Shown here: piece after piece, positions 1-9,942 of the stretch | Position numbering within the stretch: position 1 is the first letter of the stretch | Layout: each line of letters opens with the position of its first letter | IMG/VR virus record: IMGVR_UViG_3300014208_000030 | Location: 1 to 40,075 of that record | Length of the DNA stretch: 40,075 nt | Source of the DNA: a virus | Taxonomy: Duplodnaviria; Heunggongvirae; Uroviricota; Caudoviricetes | Direction: 5' to 3' (one strand) | Notes under the pieces: model-generated | The model's input: the letters and a program-made list of their open reading frames with translations, nothing else | What the model was told of the DNA's origin: nothing | The model's database searches: none | Made by a program: the position numbers and the translations under genes

Positions 1-2085
1 ACAAACAAGGACTTAAAGCACCCAGAGTCATGGACTGGGAAGAATGGAATTGTGAGCCGAGATGCGTGGTTTGCAAACCCAAAAGAGCAGGATGCTGCCA
101 TGCGGGAAAATACCAGCAGAAACTTCAAGTATCTGCGCCATAAGGGCACCCTGCGCAACGATTCAGATAAAAATCATGTTGCTGGTGCACTGATGGCCGC
201 TCACCTAAAAGGTGCTGGTGGTGCAAACCAATACATTAAATCTGGGATTGTTACTGCAGATGCCAATGGCACCACCATTGCATCCTATTACAAATATGGT
301 TTTGCCAGTCTCGACGGTGAAGTACCTAAGCAATTGCCAACCGATGAGAGTGCGCTTCCGTTGGCAGAAGCAAGTGGTGCCGTTAGAGGATTTGCCGATC
401 CGAATGTACATTACCCAAAGCGCAGCCTGTTGCAGGAATCTGATACCAATCGCATGGCAAGAGCGGAGAATATTGCAAATACTATTGTTGGTACAAAGGA
501 ACTCAACCGCAAAAAGAATGTGCGTATCGGCGGCACTCAACGGGTATGGGATCAACCACACATACCCTACGCAGCCATATACCCGTACAATCAGGTGAAG
601 GCCAGTGAGGCCGGTATTGTCGAAGAGACTGACAATACGCCCCATGCGGTGCGCCACCATCTGTATCACCCATCCGGAACCTACAGTGAGATTGACAACA
701 ATGGCACACAGGTAAACAGAATCGTTGGCGACAGCTTCACCATCATGGAACGTGACGGGAATGTGGTCATTCAGGGAGATTGCAACCTGACTGTCGTCGG
801 CTCGGCAAAGATATTGGTGCAGCACGACTGTAATGTTGAAGTTTATGGCGACATGAATGCCATTGTCAAAAATGACCTTAACACAACAGTGCACGGGAAG
901 TCTTCGATGTATGTTCAGGAAGATTTTAGCATCAAATGCAAGAGTTTTAATGTCGAGACCTTCGATGGCGATATTAATTTCCTATCATCGAAAAACATCG
1001 ATGCAAAATGTACCGAGAACTACACGGTAGATGCTACCAAAGACATTACCATTAAGGCGGGAGAGACAATGGCTGTAGATATTGCCAAAACCTTCGATGT
1101 AGCTGCAGACCAGAGCATTGCAATAGTCAGTGCAACTAACTTGCAGATGAAAGGCAGCGAAATATCACTAAAGGCCGATGCCACTATCAATATGGACGGT
1201 ATGGCAATCTATGCGCAGTCAGGCACTGCTACGAACCCAACTGCGGTATCTGTTGATTCGACTGACCCAATGTCGCTGAAAGGCACCTATATGAACAACA
1301 ATACGGAGACACTTATACCATTACCGGCCACTCCGCCAGAGGTTATTATCAGAGATGCTGCCGGAAACATTACTCGACAAGAATTGATAGACCGAGATAT
1401 CGCCACACTGACTCCACCACCCTCTAGGTTTGCTGGCTTGGCAAGTAGGCACGAAGGTGATGCTGACGACTATGACCATGCAGCAGTGACTGAAATAAAA
1501 GAGAAGGCCGAGTATGATACTGAAGCTGTCGACCCAACTCCACTGGAAAGGCATGGTGAGTTTGATAGCATCAAATTAAACGAGCAGGTGGATTACCCAT
1601 ATGACAACTTTACTAATGAGGAGAATATCCCAAAAGGTGTGCAAGTATCGCCAAATTACTCGCTACAGCAGTTTTTGGCACCATCTGATAGAGTTAAGCG
1701 GGTTACCGCACAACACGGCTTGAGTGAGGGTCAGATTGTCCAGAATATCCAGTATCTGGCAGTTAACATAGTCGAGAAAGTGAAGGAACTGTATCCGGAA
1801 GTGCATATCACCTCTGGATTCAGAAACGCTTCTGGCGCATCGCTCCATGAGCGCGGCCAAGCGGTCGATCTGCAGTTTGCTGGTGTGGCACCTTCCGAAT
1901 ATTTTGGGATTGCAAAGCGCCTGACTGCTGCGCTGCCATATGACAAAATATTACTGGAGTACAAAAACTACGGCACCTCAATGCCGTGGATACATGTGCA
2001 GTATAGACACGGTGAGAATAGGGGTGAGGTGTATACTTTCTTCAATCATAAGAAATATGCAAATGACCTAGTCAAGTTGGCCTAA
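1..2085 (+). CDS. gp5: Baseplate hub/tail spike gp5-like protein (5'-truncated): end of a lysozyme-like domain, gp5 beta-helix, C-terminal peptidase M15 domain
   Basis: Frame is open from base 1 (TNKDLKHPESWTGKNGI...). It has gp5-type motifs YPYNQV, DNTP..R..LYHPSGTYSEI and VxGD beta-helix repeats. The C-terminus has ITSGFR...SLHERGQAVD...WIHV. PAAR and gp25 follow. Confidence 0.85.
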   Translation, partial: TNKDLKHPESWTGKNGIVSRDAWFANPKEQDAAMRENTSRNFKYLRHKGTLRNDSDKNHVAGALMAAHLKGAGGANQYIKSGIVTADANGTTIASYYKYGFASLDGEVPKQLPTDESALPLAEASGAVRGFADPNVHYPKRSLLQESDTNRMARAENIANTIVGTKELNRKKNVRIGGTQRVWDQPHIPYAAIYPYNQVKASEAGIVEETDNTPHAVRHHLYHPSGTYSEIDNNGTQVNRIVGDSFTIMERDGNVVIQGDCNLTVVGSAKILVQHDCNVEVYGDMNAIVKNDLNTTVHGKSSMYVQEDFSIKCKSFNVETFDGDINFLSSKNIDAKCTENYTVDATKDITIKAGETMAVDIAKTFDVAADQSIAIVSATNLQMKGSEISLKADATINMDGMAIYAQSGTATNPTAVSVDSTDPMSLKGTYMNNNTETLIPLPATPPEVIIRDAAGNITRQELIDRDIATLTPPPSRFAGLASRHEGDADDYDHAAVTEIKEKAEYDTEAVDPTPLERHGEFDSIKLNEQVDYPYDNFTNEENIPKGVQVSPNYSLQQFLAPSDRVKRVTAQHGLSEGQIVQNIQYLAVNIVEKVKELYPEVHITSGFRNASGASLHERGQAVDLQFAGVAPSEYFGIAKRLTAALPYDKILLEYKNYGTSMPWIHVQYRHGENRGEVYTFFNHKKYANDLVKLA

Positions 2086-2348
2086 TGACATTCTATATCG
2101 GATATAAGGAAGTCGCGCGACAGGGCGTATCGACAGCCGGTGGCGTAATAGAGGGACCATCGGCACCAGCCTTCTTCTATATGATGAGCAGGGTCTCGCT
2201 AGATGGGGATTCGGTTGCCTCTCATGGGCTATATCAGCATGCCTCGGCAACAGTTATCGCAAATCCAATGGGGACATTTTATATAACTAATATAAAAGTC
2301 GTAGTTGATGGTGACTCTGCGACATGCTCACACACAGTATCACCATAA
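2085..2348 (+). CDS. PAAR-like spike tip protein (T4 gp5.4 equivalent)
   Basis: 87 aa with VARQG, VSLDGDSVASHG and VVVDGDSATCSH PAAR-like repeats and His/Cys ligands. It overlaps the gp5 stop (TAATG). Confidence 0.8.
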   Translation: MTFYIGYKEVARQGVSTAGGVIEGPSAPAFFYMMSRVSLDGDSVASHGLYQHASATVIANPMGTFYITNIKVVVDGDSATCSHTVSP

Positions 2349-2351
2349 ATA
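2344..2351 (+). promoter_or_regulatory. T4-type late promoter variant (CATAAATA) upstream of phoH
   Basis: One mismatch to TATAAATA, at the gene boundary about 50 nt before the phoH ATG. Confidence 0.5.
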
Positions 2352-2403
2352 GTTTGATGAAACTCAGTTAAACAATTTACTAACAACAAAGTGGAGTGCT
2401 GTA

Positions 2404-3162
2404 ATGAGATCAAGTCCAAAATCACAACGTTCAAGAGAGGCAAAAATTGAACGTAGACGAGATAAGCGAGAATTAAAACGAAATCCTAGCGATTACGTTG
2501 CGCCAGATGAACTATTTGCAGCACATACGCAGAAGAAAGAAATCGCGCCGCTACGCGCACTCACGGAGGCACAAGGCCGCTATATCACATCGATCAGGGA
2601 GAACACAATAACATTCAGTATGGGTTGCGCTGGCACTGGAAAGACCTATATCGCTGGTGCTTTCGCCTCTGATCAGCTGAAGGCTGGGTTAGTTGAACGT
2701 ATCATCATCACCAGACCAGCGGTAGAAGCTGGGGAGAGTTTTGGTTTCCTACCTGGTGAATTAGAGGACAAGTTTCGCCCATATCTTGAGCCGTTCATGG
2801 ATGTGCTGAATGAGCGATTAGGCCGCGGCTTCGTCGAGTGTGCCATCAAGAGTGGCAAAATTATTGCATCGCCGCTGTCTTTTATGCGCGGGAGGACGTT
2901 CCGAGATGCCATCGTAATACTTGACGAAGCGCAAAATGTAACGCCAACACAGATGGCAATGTTCTTGACTAGAATTGGTGAAAATTCCAAAATGATCATC
3001 GACGGAGACTGGGCACAGAAAGACATCGGGGGTATCTCTGGGCTGCAGGATGCGGTCAGGCGACTGAGGTCAGTACCATCAATAGGAATAGTTGAGTTTG
3101 GAATAGACGACATTGTCAGACATGGGATCATCCGCGACATCCTGATCCAGTACGCCAAATAA
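2404..3162 (+). CDS. phoH: PhoH-family ATPase
   Basis: Walker A GCAGTGKT, ITRPAVEAGE..GFLPG, FMRGRTF, ILDEAQN, LTRIG, DIVRH. Confidence 0.95.
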   Translation: MRSSPKSQRSREAKIERRRDKRELKRNPSDYVAPDELFAAHTQKKEIAPLRALTEAQGRYITSIRENTITFSMGCAGTGKTYIAGAFASDQLKAGLVERIIITRPAVEAGESFGFLPGELEDKFRPYLEPFMDVLNERLGRGFVECAIKSGKIIASPLSFMRGRTFRDAIVILDEAQNVTPTQMAMFLTRIGENSKMIIDGDWAQKDIGGISGLQDAVRRLRSVPSIGIVEFGIDDIVRHGIIRDILIQYAK

Positions 3163-3191
3163 ACTTCTGTTCTTATTTTAAAATAACAAAC

Positions 3192-3218
3192 AAAACGGGG
3201 CTATAAGCCCCGTTTTTT
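3192..3218 (+). terminator. Rho-independent (likely bidirectional) terminator
   Basis: AAAACGGGGCT-ATA-AGCCCCGTTTTTT hairpin after the phoH stop. Confidence 0.85.
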
Positions 3219-3219
3219 A

Positions 3220-3227
3220 TATAAATA
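3220..3227 (+). promoter_or_regulatory. T4-type late promoter TATAAATA
   Basis: Exact consensus 30 nt upstream of gp25, immediately after the terminator. Confidence 0.8.
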
Positions 3228-3257
3228 GTTTGATATAGGAACAGACACGGAACCAGC

Positions 3258-3671
3258 ATGGCACAGATACCGCTAACCATCACCACACTCCAAAAAAAGT
3301 TTACAGATTTGGACTTCGGCTTCGCGTTGAATCCAGGAACCGGTGATGTCGGTAAAAAGGTAAACGATGAGGCAATCAAGCAGTCAATGCGCAATCTGAT
3401 ATTGACCAAGAAATATGAAAGACCATTCAAGCCAAACTTATCATCACCGATCTACGATCTGCTGTTCGAACTGTTTACACCAAACATTAAATCGACATTA
3501 GAGCGCATCGTATTTGATGTAATCAATACCTACGAGCCCAGAGTGCGAGTGCTGGGCGTCGAAGTGAACCCCACACCAGACCACAATAGCTTGGAAATCT
3601 CAATCTCATACGTTGTTGTCGGGGTCGAAATACCTACAGAATTCACAATCACCATAGAACGGACACGCTAA
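3258..3671 (+). CDS. gp25: Baseplate wedge subunit gp25
   Basis: DLDF.F..NP.TGDV, AIKQSMRNLILT..YERPF.P, YEPRV; lies before gp6. Confidence 0.93.
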   Translation: MAQIPLTITTLQKKFTDLDFGFALNPGTGDVGKKVNDEAIKQSMRNLILTKKYERPFKPNLSSPIYDLLFELFTPNIKSTLERIVFDVINTYEPRVRVLGVEVNPTPDHNSLEISISYVVVGVEIPTEFTITIERTR

Positions 3672-3672
3672 C

Positions 3673-5520
3673 ATGGCAGCAAATACCCTCCGCGTATCAG
3701 AGTTGGACTTCGATACCATCAAAGCCAACCTTATAGATTTTTATAAAAATCAGGCTGTTTTTAGCGATTACATTTTCGAAGGCTCTGCGCTATCTACTCT
3801 GATAGACGTGCTTGCCTACAATACGCATTACTCTGCCGTCATGGCGAACATGTTGGCAAATGAGATGTTCCTTGATAGCTCAGTTGTGCGTGGTTCTGCG
3901 GTATCGATTGCCAAGCAGCTGGACTATTACCCCACATCATACAGAACACCTACGGCAGTTGTCGATATTACGGTAAACAATCCTGTCGGGAACCCAGAAT
4001 CACTGATTTTACCAAAAAATAGCAGGTTCACTGCGGTTATCGATAACACATCATATAATTTTGTCACGCTGGATGCCTATGAAATTTCTCCAGTAGCCGG
4101 TGTCTATAAGTTTTCCGGTGTGCGCCTGTATGAAGGCACCCTGAAAACATTCAGCTATGTGGTTGATATCGCCAACGCACAGAGCAAGTACATCATCCCA
4201 GACGTCACCGTAGCACTGGATCAGCTGAAGGTATATATCCAGACCAGCGTATCTGACCTCACTATTGATCAATATACCGAATCAAAAGACATAACACAGG
4301 TAACCGCAACCTCCAAGGTCTATTTTGTGCAAGCCAATGCCAATAACCTGTACGAGATATACTTCGGCGACAATGTGCTCGGCGCATCCCCAGCAAATGG
4401 TAATGTGGTTATTCTGGAATACGTAACCACATCCGGCAGTGCAGCCAATGGCGCAAAAGTATTCAAGTCGGCCAATCCTATCGGCGGGAGTTCGGCAATC
4501 GCCATCAGCACCATCTCTGCGGCAGCTGCCGGTAAAGAGCTGGAGTCGATAGAGAGCATTCGCAAGAATGCACCAAAATCATACACAACTCAGAATAGAA
4601 TGGTTACTGCGCCAGATGTACAGGCACTGCTGCCAATTCTATACCCAGACATTAAATCATTGAGTGTGTGGGGTGGTGAAGAGAACAATCCACCGGACTA
4701 TGGTGTTGTGTATGCGTCTATTGAGCCAACCAGTGGCGGTACGCTGACCGTTACCCAGAAAAACGACATCATCACCTCTGTCGTCGCGCAGAAGAAGATG
4801 ATTTCCGTGCGCTACAAGATTGTTGATCCGCAGTATATTTACCTGATCGTAGACTCGACAGCCTACTATGATCCGGCAAAGGGATTATATGATGCGAATA
4901 CGCTGAAAATACTTCTGAAGAATACTATCGTGACCTACAATAACACCGAACTAACTAAGTTCGATGGTGTGTTCAGGCACAGTAAATTGACGGCACTTAT
5001 AGATGCTGCTGATAAATCTTTTGTGAGCAACATAACAAAATTTACCCTGCACCAATATATCACACCAGTATATGGTCAGCTGATTCAATATATCATGGAG
5101 TTTTACAACCCAATCTACAAGAATCCATTTGAGACCCCAGAAAATGCGGTATCTTCATCTGGGTTCCGTGTGACTGGCGATTCGCGAATTTTCTATCTCG
5201 AAGATGATGGCAAACAGTATCTGCGCATGTATCATTTGGACAACACCACCAAGATATACATCAACAATCAGGCCGGTACCGTAAATTATGCCACCGGTCA
5301 TATATCTGTATTGCTGAATATCTCATCGATGTTACCGGTAAATATTACCGATACCGGAATCCGGCTAAGAGTGAAGACAGATTCGTTCGACGTTATTCCA
5401 GTGCGTAACGTCATTCTGCGCATAAAGGAGAGCGATATATTCACCAATGTGGTTGTCGACAACGTCGCCTCCGGATATTCGGCATCGGGTGCTGATCACG
5501 CATTTACATCTAGCCGCTAA
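3673..5520 (+). CDS. gp6: Baseplate wedge subunit gp6
   Basis: ELDFDTIK.NL, DYIFEGSALS.LIDVLAYNTHY, NEMFLDS, FGDNVLG, ESIESIR.NAP..YTTQNRMVT. Confidence 0.95.
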   Translation: MAANTLRVSELDFDTIKANLIDFYKNQAVFSDYIFEGSALSTLIDVLAYNTHYSAVMANMLANEMFLDSSVVRGSAVSIAKQLDYYPTSYRTPTAVVDITVNNPVGNPESLILPKNSRFTAVIDNTSYNFVTLDAYEISPVAGVYKFSGVRLYEGTLKTFSYVVDIANAQSKYIIPDVTVALDQLKVYIQTSVSDLTIDQYTESKDITQVTATSKVYFVQANANNLYEIYFGDNVLGASPANGNVVILEYVTTSGSAANGAKVFKSANPIGGSSAIAISTISAAAAGKELESIESIRKNAPKSYTTQNRMVTAPDVQALLPILYPDIKSLSVWGGEENNPPDYGVVYASIEPTSGGTLTVTQKNDIITSVVAQKKMISVRYKIVDPQYIYLIVDSTAYYDPAKGLYDANTLKILLKNTIVTYNNTELTKFDGVFRHSKLTALIDAADKSFVSNITKFTLHQYITPVYGQLIQYIMEFYNPIYKNPFETPENAVSSSGFRVTGDSRIFYLEDDGKQYLRMYHLDNTTKIYINNQAGTVNYATGHISVLLNISSMLPVNITDTGIRLRVKTDSFDVIPVRNVILRIKESDIFTNVVVDNVASGYSASGADHAFTSSR

Positions 5521-5529
5521 AGGATTGCA

Positions 5530-8500
5530 ATGACAACACAATATAATATTGCGGCACAGATACCCGACCATGTAGTCAGCGAATACCCAATATTCGTTGA
5601 GTTCATGCGAGCGTACTATGAATTCATGGCACAATCCGGCAATCCCGATGATGTTATCAAAAACATACTGGACTATCGTGATGTCGACACCACCATAGAG
5701 TCATTCAAGACCCATATTCTCAATGAGTTTATGGGCAACATTCCGGACAATATAGTTGCGGATAAGGTGCTCTTGGCAAAACATATCAAAGAGCTGTATG
5801 TGTCAAAGGGAACTGAGAGCTCTTATCGCATGCTGTTCCGTATCCTGTTCAATAAAGAAATCGATATAAACTACCCATCGGATCAGATATTGAAACTATC
5901 TGATGGTAAGTGGGAACAGAACATATCGTTTGTTGCCCACATATCAAATTTCTTTACTCCGGAGGAAATCTACGTCGCAATCGGGCACCGAATATTGGTG
6001 AATATTGACAGTAAGCAGTTGCCGGTATCCGTACTGAATATTGTGCAGCTGCAGACTACCGATCCATCAAATAACCTATATGAATTCTTTATCAAGAAGG
6101 ATTTCTACGATGATTTCAATGGTGCCACAACATTTACCTGTAACACCATAGGACTCATCGCCATCGTCAATGGCGGTAGCGGCTATACTGACGCTGATAC
6201 TGTTCTCATATCATCTATAGATGGTAGCGGTGCAGCTGCAACACTCACCACCACACAGGGGGCGGTTAGTGGGGTTTCTCTGAGTAGTGGCGGTATTGGA
6301 TTTGTTGACGCGCCCATAGTGCAGGTCATCAGCACCACTGGTACTTCAGCATATCTGAGCCCAACACTTACCCAGCTGTTTGGTGGCACGATACTGACAT
6401 CGATATATAAGCCGACCGTGCTACAGGCACCGTCTGGCTATATTGAGGGTAAGGTATATCCGATCATCGACAGCACCGGTGCAGATGCATACCTGCAAAT
6501 AAAGCGAAATGTTAATGGTCGTGTTAAGAACGTTACCGTTGCTGCATTCGGGAAGTACTATCCAGATAATTTAATTACGGTAATTAACCGAGACAACAGT
6601 GTTGCCAGAGCAACTGCGCTGATATCCGGCGGCACACATCCACCATTCCAAGCGTGGCGAGCAACTACTGCAATGCCAAGCAATCTAATATATGGTACAG
6701 CAACAAAACTTGGCAGCGATCGCATATTGCTCGTTGGCGGTACCGATGGCACAGCCATTAGCGCAGCCTCGTATATTGGCTATGTCGGCGATACCACAAT
6801 AACGTGGGATGAGATAAACCCAATGCTAGTGCCGGTAGTCAACCACGCGGCAGTAATGTTGGTGGATGGTAGAATTCTGCTTGCTGGCGGACACAACGCC
6901 ACTACGGGTGAGATTTCCACAAACACCTACTTCGGAACGCTTGCGGCTGACGCCACATCGATCGCTTGGGTTGCTGGATCACCATTGCCTATCGCTATGC
7001 TGTATGGTACGGTAACTACATTGCCTGATGGTCGATTGTTGGCTGTTGGTGGTACTGATGATGCAACCATAACAGCGAATACCTATATTGGTACGGTAAC
7101 CGGCAACGTTATCTCGTGGATACCGAGCAACGCCATGCTGGTACCAGTAATCAACCACACTGCCTCGGTGTTAGCTGATGGTAGAATTCTGGTTGCCGGT
7201 GGGCACAATGCTACTACGGGGGAGATTTCCACAAATACCTATATTGGTACGGTAACCGAAAACATCATTGCGTGGGTAGCGAGCACAGCACTACCAGACG
7301 AGTTACTATATTCGACTACCAGCATTCTGGATGACGGCAGAATAATGCTCGTTGGCGGCACCGATGGGACAACCATATCGCCGAACACCTATATTGGTAC
7401 AGTGTCGCTGAATACCATTATATGGGCAGCATCTAATACCATGCTGGCACCTATAATGAATCATGTATCGGTAGTAGTATCTAGCAGCACTGTATTGAGC
7501 CTAGGCGGGAACACAAACCCAGATATTTCAACTGAGATATCCGGTCAGGTCTATATCACCAGCGTCATGGCATCCGACATGCTTTCTGACGGCCATATCA
7601 TTGACGTGCGGGTAGTTTCTGCTGGGAGCGGCTATGCCCATCCTGCGCACCCAGCATGGAGAGCCACCACCGCAATACCTAGCACCATGATATATGGTTC
7701 GGTGTCTAATTTAGGCGAAGGGCGCATATTGCTGAGCGGCGGCACCGATGGCATAACCATTAGCGCATCCCAATATATGGGGTACGTCAGTGATAGTGCA
7801 ATCGCTTGGCGCACAATGAGTCCGTTGCCGGTAGCGATGATCAACCACGCCTCGGTAGTCCTGCCGGATGGGAGAATTCTACTTGCCGGTGGTCACGATG
7901 CAACTACGGGTGAGATTTCCACAAATACCTATTTTGGTACAGTGGTCGGTGCCGATACGCTGATCGATTGGGGCGCAGGAACGGCACTGCCGAGCGCCAT
8001 GCTGTACGGCACAGTAACCATATTACCAAATGGGCGATTACTGGCTATTGGCGGCACCGATGGCGTTGATATTCTCGCCACCAGCTACCTAGGAACGATA
8101 TCCGCAAATACCATTACGTGGACTCCGAGCAACGCTATGCCGGTTCCGGTAATCAACCACACTACGTCAGTACTGTTGGATGGGCGAATTCTGGTTGCCG
8201 GTGGGCACGATGCCACTACAGGCGAGATTTCAACAAATACCTACATTGGCACCATAGTCGGTGATGTTATAAGTTGGGTGGCGAGTACAGCACTACCGGC
8301 ACAACTTCTCTACTCAACAACTAGCGTACTCCATGATGGCAGAATAATGGTTGCTGGTGGCACTGATGGGACAACCATAATAGCAGATACTCACATTGGT
8401 TCTGTGGTTGGTAATACCATTGCGTGGTCTACTGGAGAGGCACTTCTTGCTCCTATGGTGAACCATAGCTCAGTGGTATTGTCTAGCGGCAGTGTCCTGT

Positions 8501-9387
8501 GTCTTGGTGGGTATACTGACCCAGATGTTTCGCCAGATATTTCCACACTGGCATATATCAGTGGTGTCTTTTCATTGCAATTGACGGTGCTTGGTGACGG
8601 TAGAGATGCCAAGTTGTTTGCCGTGATATCAAATGGGTCAATAGTCGGGGTAACCATAGGTAGCGGTGGGTTTGGCTATACCATTCCACCAGCAATCGTA
8701 TTTTCACCAACATCATTGGTGGTGTCGCTAACGCACAGCAAGCTGAGAACATACAACGGCTCCTATTTGAGTACTGATGGGTTTAGCTCATGCGACATGA
8801 TGATATATGACGGTAGATACTACCAGCGCTATTCATATGAAATCGTGATCAGTGAGTTGTTTTACGTATACCGAGGCGTACTGAAAAAATTGCTCCATCC
8901 GGCTGGCTATGCCGTGTGGGGAGTCTACGACATCCAAAAGTTTCTACAGGTTGAGATTACTTCGGAGAAAGTGGATGTAGAACGTAGCGCTGCATTCAGG
9001 GATATCGTTTATTGCGTTGAAACCATTGTTAAGTCTATGCAGAAGTCCGTGACTGATTCTGCCTCTGTAACCGACATATGGAAATTCACGATGGCGAAGT
9101 CGGTTCTCTCGGAATCTGTTACGGCTACTGACCTGTGGTCATATGTCGTAACAAAAGTATTCCCAACTGAATCTGTATCTACATCGGATGTAGTTGCTAA
9201 GAGTATCCAGCGCACCATTACGGATGCGGTAGTTGCTAGCCAAGGAGATATAAATACAAGATATGCCGCTACAGATTACTTCGCCGAAGATTACGTGGCA
9301 TTGCGTGAGCTACGCGTCACTATGGCAAAAGTCATCACAGCAGACACAGTAACACCATCTGACTCATTCGCATGGGTATTGAATTAA
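5530..9387 (+). CDS. gp7: Baseplate wedge initiator gp7-like protein with two inserted Kelch beta-propellers
   Basis: N-terminal YP.FVEF..AYYE and IKELY.SKGTE.SY..LFRILF; C-terminal D..YYQRYSYEI and LKKLLHPAG; position after gp6; central GG..Y..W Kelch-like repeats. Confidence 0.75.
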   Translation: MTTQYNIAAQIPDHVVSEYPIFVEFMRAYYEFMAQSGNPDDVIKNILDYRDVDTTIESFKTHILNEFMGNIPDNIVADKVLLAKHIKELYVSKGTESSYRMLFRILFNKEIDINYPSDQILKLSDGKWEQNISFVAHISNFFTPEEIYVAIGHRILVNIDSKQLPVSVLNIVQLQTTDPSNNLYEFFIKKDFYDDFNGATTFTCNTIGLIAIVNGGSGYTDADTVLISSIDGSGAAATLTTTQGAVSGVSLSSGGIGFVDAPIVQVISTTGTSAYLSPTLTQLFGGTILTSIYKPTVLQAPSGYIEGKVYPIIDSTGADAYLQIKRNVNGRVKNVTVAAFGKYYPDNLITVINRDNSVARATALISGGTHPPFQAWRATTAMPSNLIYGTATKLGSDRILLVGGTDGTAISAASYIGYVGDTTITWDEINPMLVPVVNHAAVMLVDGRILLAGGHNATTGEISTNTYFGTLAADATSIAWVAGSPLPIAMLYGTVTTLPDGRLLAVGGTDDATITANTYIGTVTGNVISWIPSNAMLVPVINHTASVLADGRILVAGGHNATTGEISTNTYIGTVTENIIAWVASTALPDELLYSTTSILDDGRIMLVGGTDGTTISPNTYIGTVSLNTIIWAASNTMLAPIMNHVSVVVSSSTVLSLGGNTNPDISTEISGQVYITSVMASDMLSDGHIIDVRVVSAGSGYAHPAHPAWRATTAIPSTMIYGSVSNLGEGRILLSGGTDGITISASQYMGYVSDSAIAWRTMSPLPVAMINHASVVLPDGRILLAGGHDATTGEISTNTYFGTVVGADTLIDWGAGTALPSAMLYGTVTILPNGRLLAIGGTDGVDILATSYLGTISANTITWTPSNAMPVPVINHTTSVLLDGRILVAGGHDATTGEISTNTYIGTIVGDVISWVASTALPAQLLYSTTSVLHDGRIMVAGGTDGTTIIADTHIGSVVGNTIAWSTGEALLAPMVNHSSVVLSSGSVLCLGGYTDPDVSPDISTLAYISGVFSLQLTVLGDGRDAKLFAVISNGSIVGVTIGSGGFGYTIPPAIVFSPTSLVVSLTHSKLRTYNGSYLSTDGFSSCDMMIYDGRYYQRYSYEIVISELFYVYRGVLKKLLHPAGYAVWGVYDIQKFLQVEITSEKVDVERSAAFRDIVYCVETIVKSMQKSVTDSASVTDIWKFTMAKSVLSESVTATDLWSYVVTKVFPTESVSTSDVVAKSIQRTITDAVVASQGDINTRYAATDYFAEDYVALRELRVTMAKVITADTVTPSDSFAWVLN
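6634..8560 (+). repeat. Duplicated Kelch-like repeat block inside gp7 (two copies, 1002-nt offset)
   Basis: Near-identical ACTACGGGTGAGATTTCCACAAA-type motif at 6901, 7213, 7903 and 8215. Both blocks start with HP..xAWRATTAxPS. Confidence 0.85.
9249..9256 (+). promoter_or_regulatory. Candidate late promoter TATAAATA within the gp7 3' end
   Basis: Exact consensus about 160 nt upstream of the next gene. Confidence 0.45.
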
Positions 9388-9411
9388 TTTTTATAGACAA
9401 TAGGAACACAC

Positions 9412-9885
9412 ATGGATAGCAACGCAATCAACGAACTTGTTAAGGCAACTGGTAAAGTACGCTTTGATCACTATATTGCCGCCGAGGATAAAATAGAACA
9501 AGTCCTCGTTGATAATCTAGTCGTCACTGCTGGGAAGACATTCATTGCCTCTCGCATTGCTGGTGTAGCATCGGCAGTTATGGGATGGATGGAAGTTGGT
9601 ACGAGCTCTACTGCTGCGGTTGTTGGGGATACGGCACTTATTGGTGCCATTGCAGCAAGCCGAACTGCACTGACTGTTTCTGGCGGTACTGCGGGAACAC
9701 CAACTGCCAATGCTGTTCGCTATGTTTGTACTTTTGCGGCAGGTACTGGCACAGGTGCGTGGCAAGAGGCTGGTATCTTTAATGCGTCATCAGCAGGCAC
9801 TATGCTATGTCGGACAGTATTCGCCACAATCAACAAAGCGGCTGCTGACAGTATTACCGTAACTTGGGATTTAACGATTTCTTAA
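9412..9885 (+). CDS. Conserved phage virion structural protein (tail/baseplate associated)
   Basis: NLVV..GK.FIASR, GDTAL, TFAAGTGTGA..EAGIFNASSAGTMLCRTVF..INK motif pattern seen in phage tail proteins; AGGA RBS. Confidence 0.6.
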   Translation: MDSNAINELVKATGKVRFDHYIAAEDKIEQVLVDNLVVTAGKTFIASRIAGVASAVMGWMEVGTSSTAAVVGDTALIGAIAASRTALTVSGGTAGTPTANAVRYVCTFAAGTGTGAWQEAGIFNASSAGTMLCRTVFATINKAAADSITVTWDLTIS

Positions 9886-9897
9886 TCGATATCGATG

Positions 9898-9905
9898 CAT
9901 AAATA
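9898..9905 (+). promoter_or_regulatory. Late promoter variant CATAAATA upstream of the gp8-like gene
   Basis: Intergenic, about 37 nt before the ATG. Confidence 0.5.
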
Positions 9906-9942
9906 TATGAATACAAGTTAGCTACCACACACAAGGATTTTC

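Noticed and set aside
6634-8560. CRISPR-like regularly spaced DNA repeats
   Set aside because: The repeats are in-frame coding Kelch blades 312 nt or more apart, with no unique spacers
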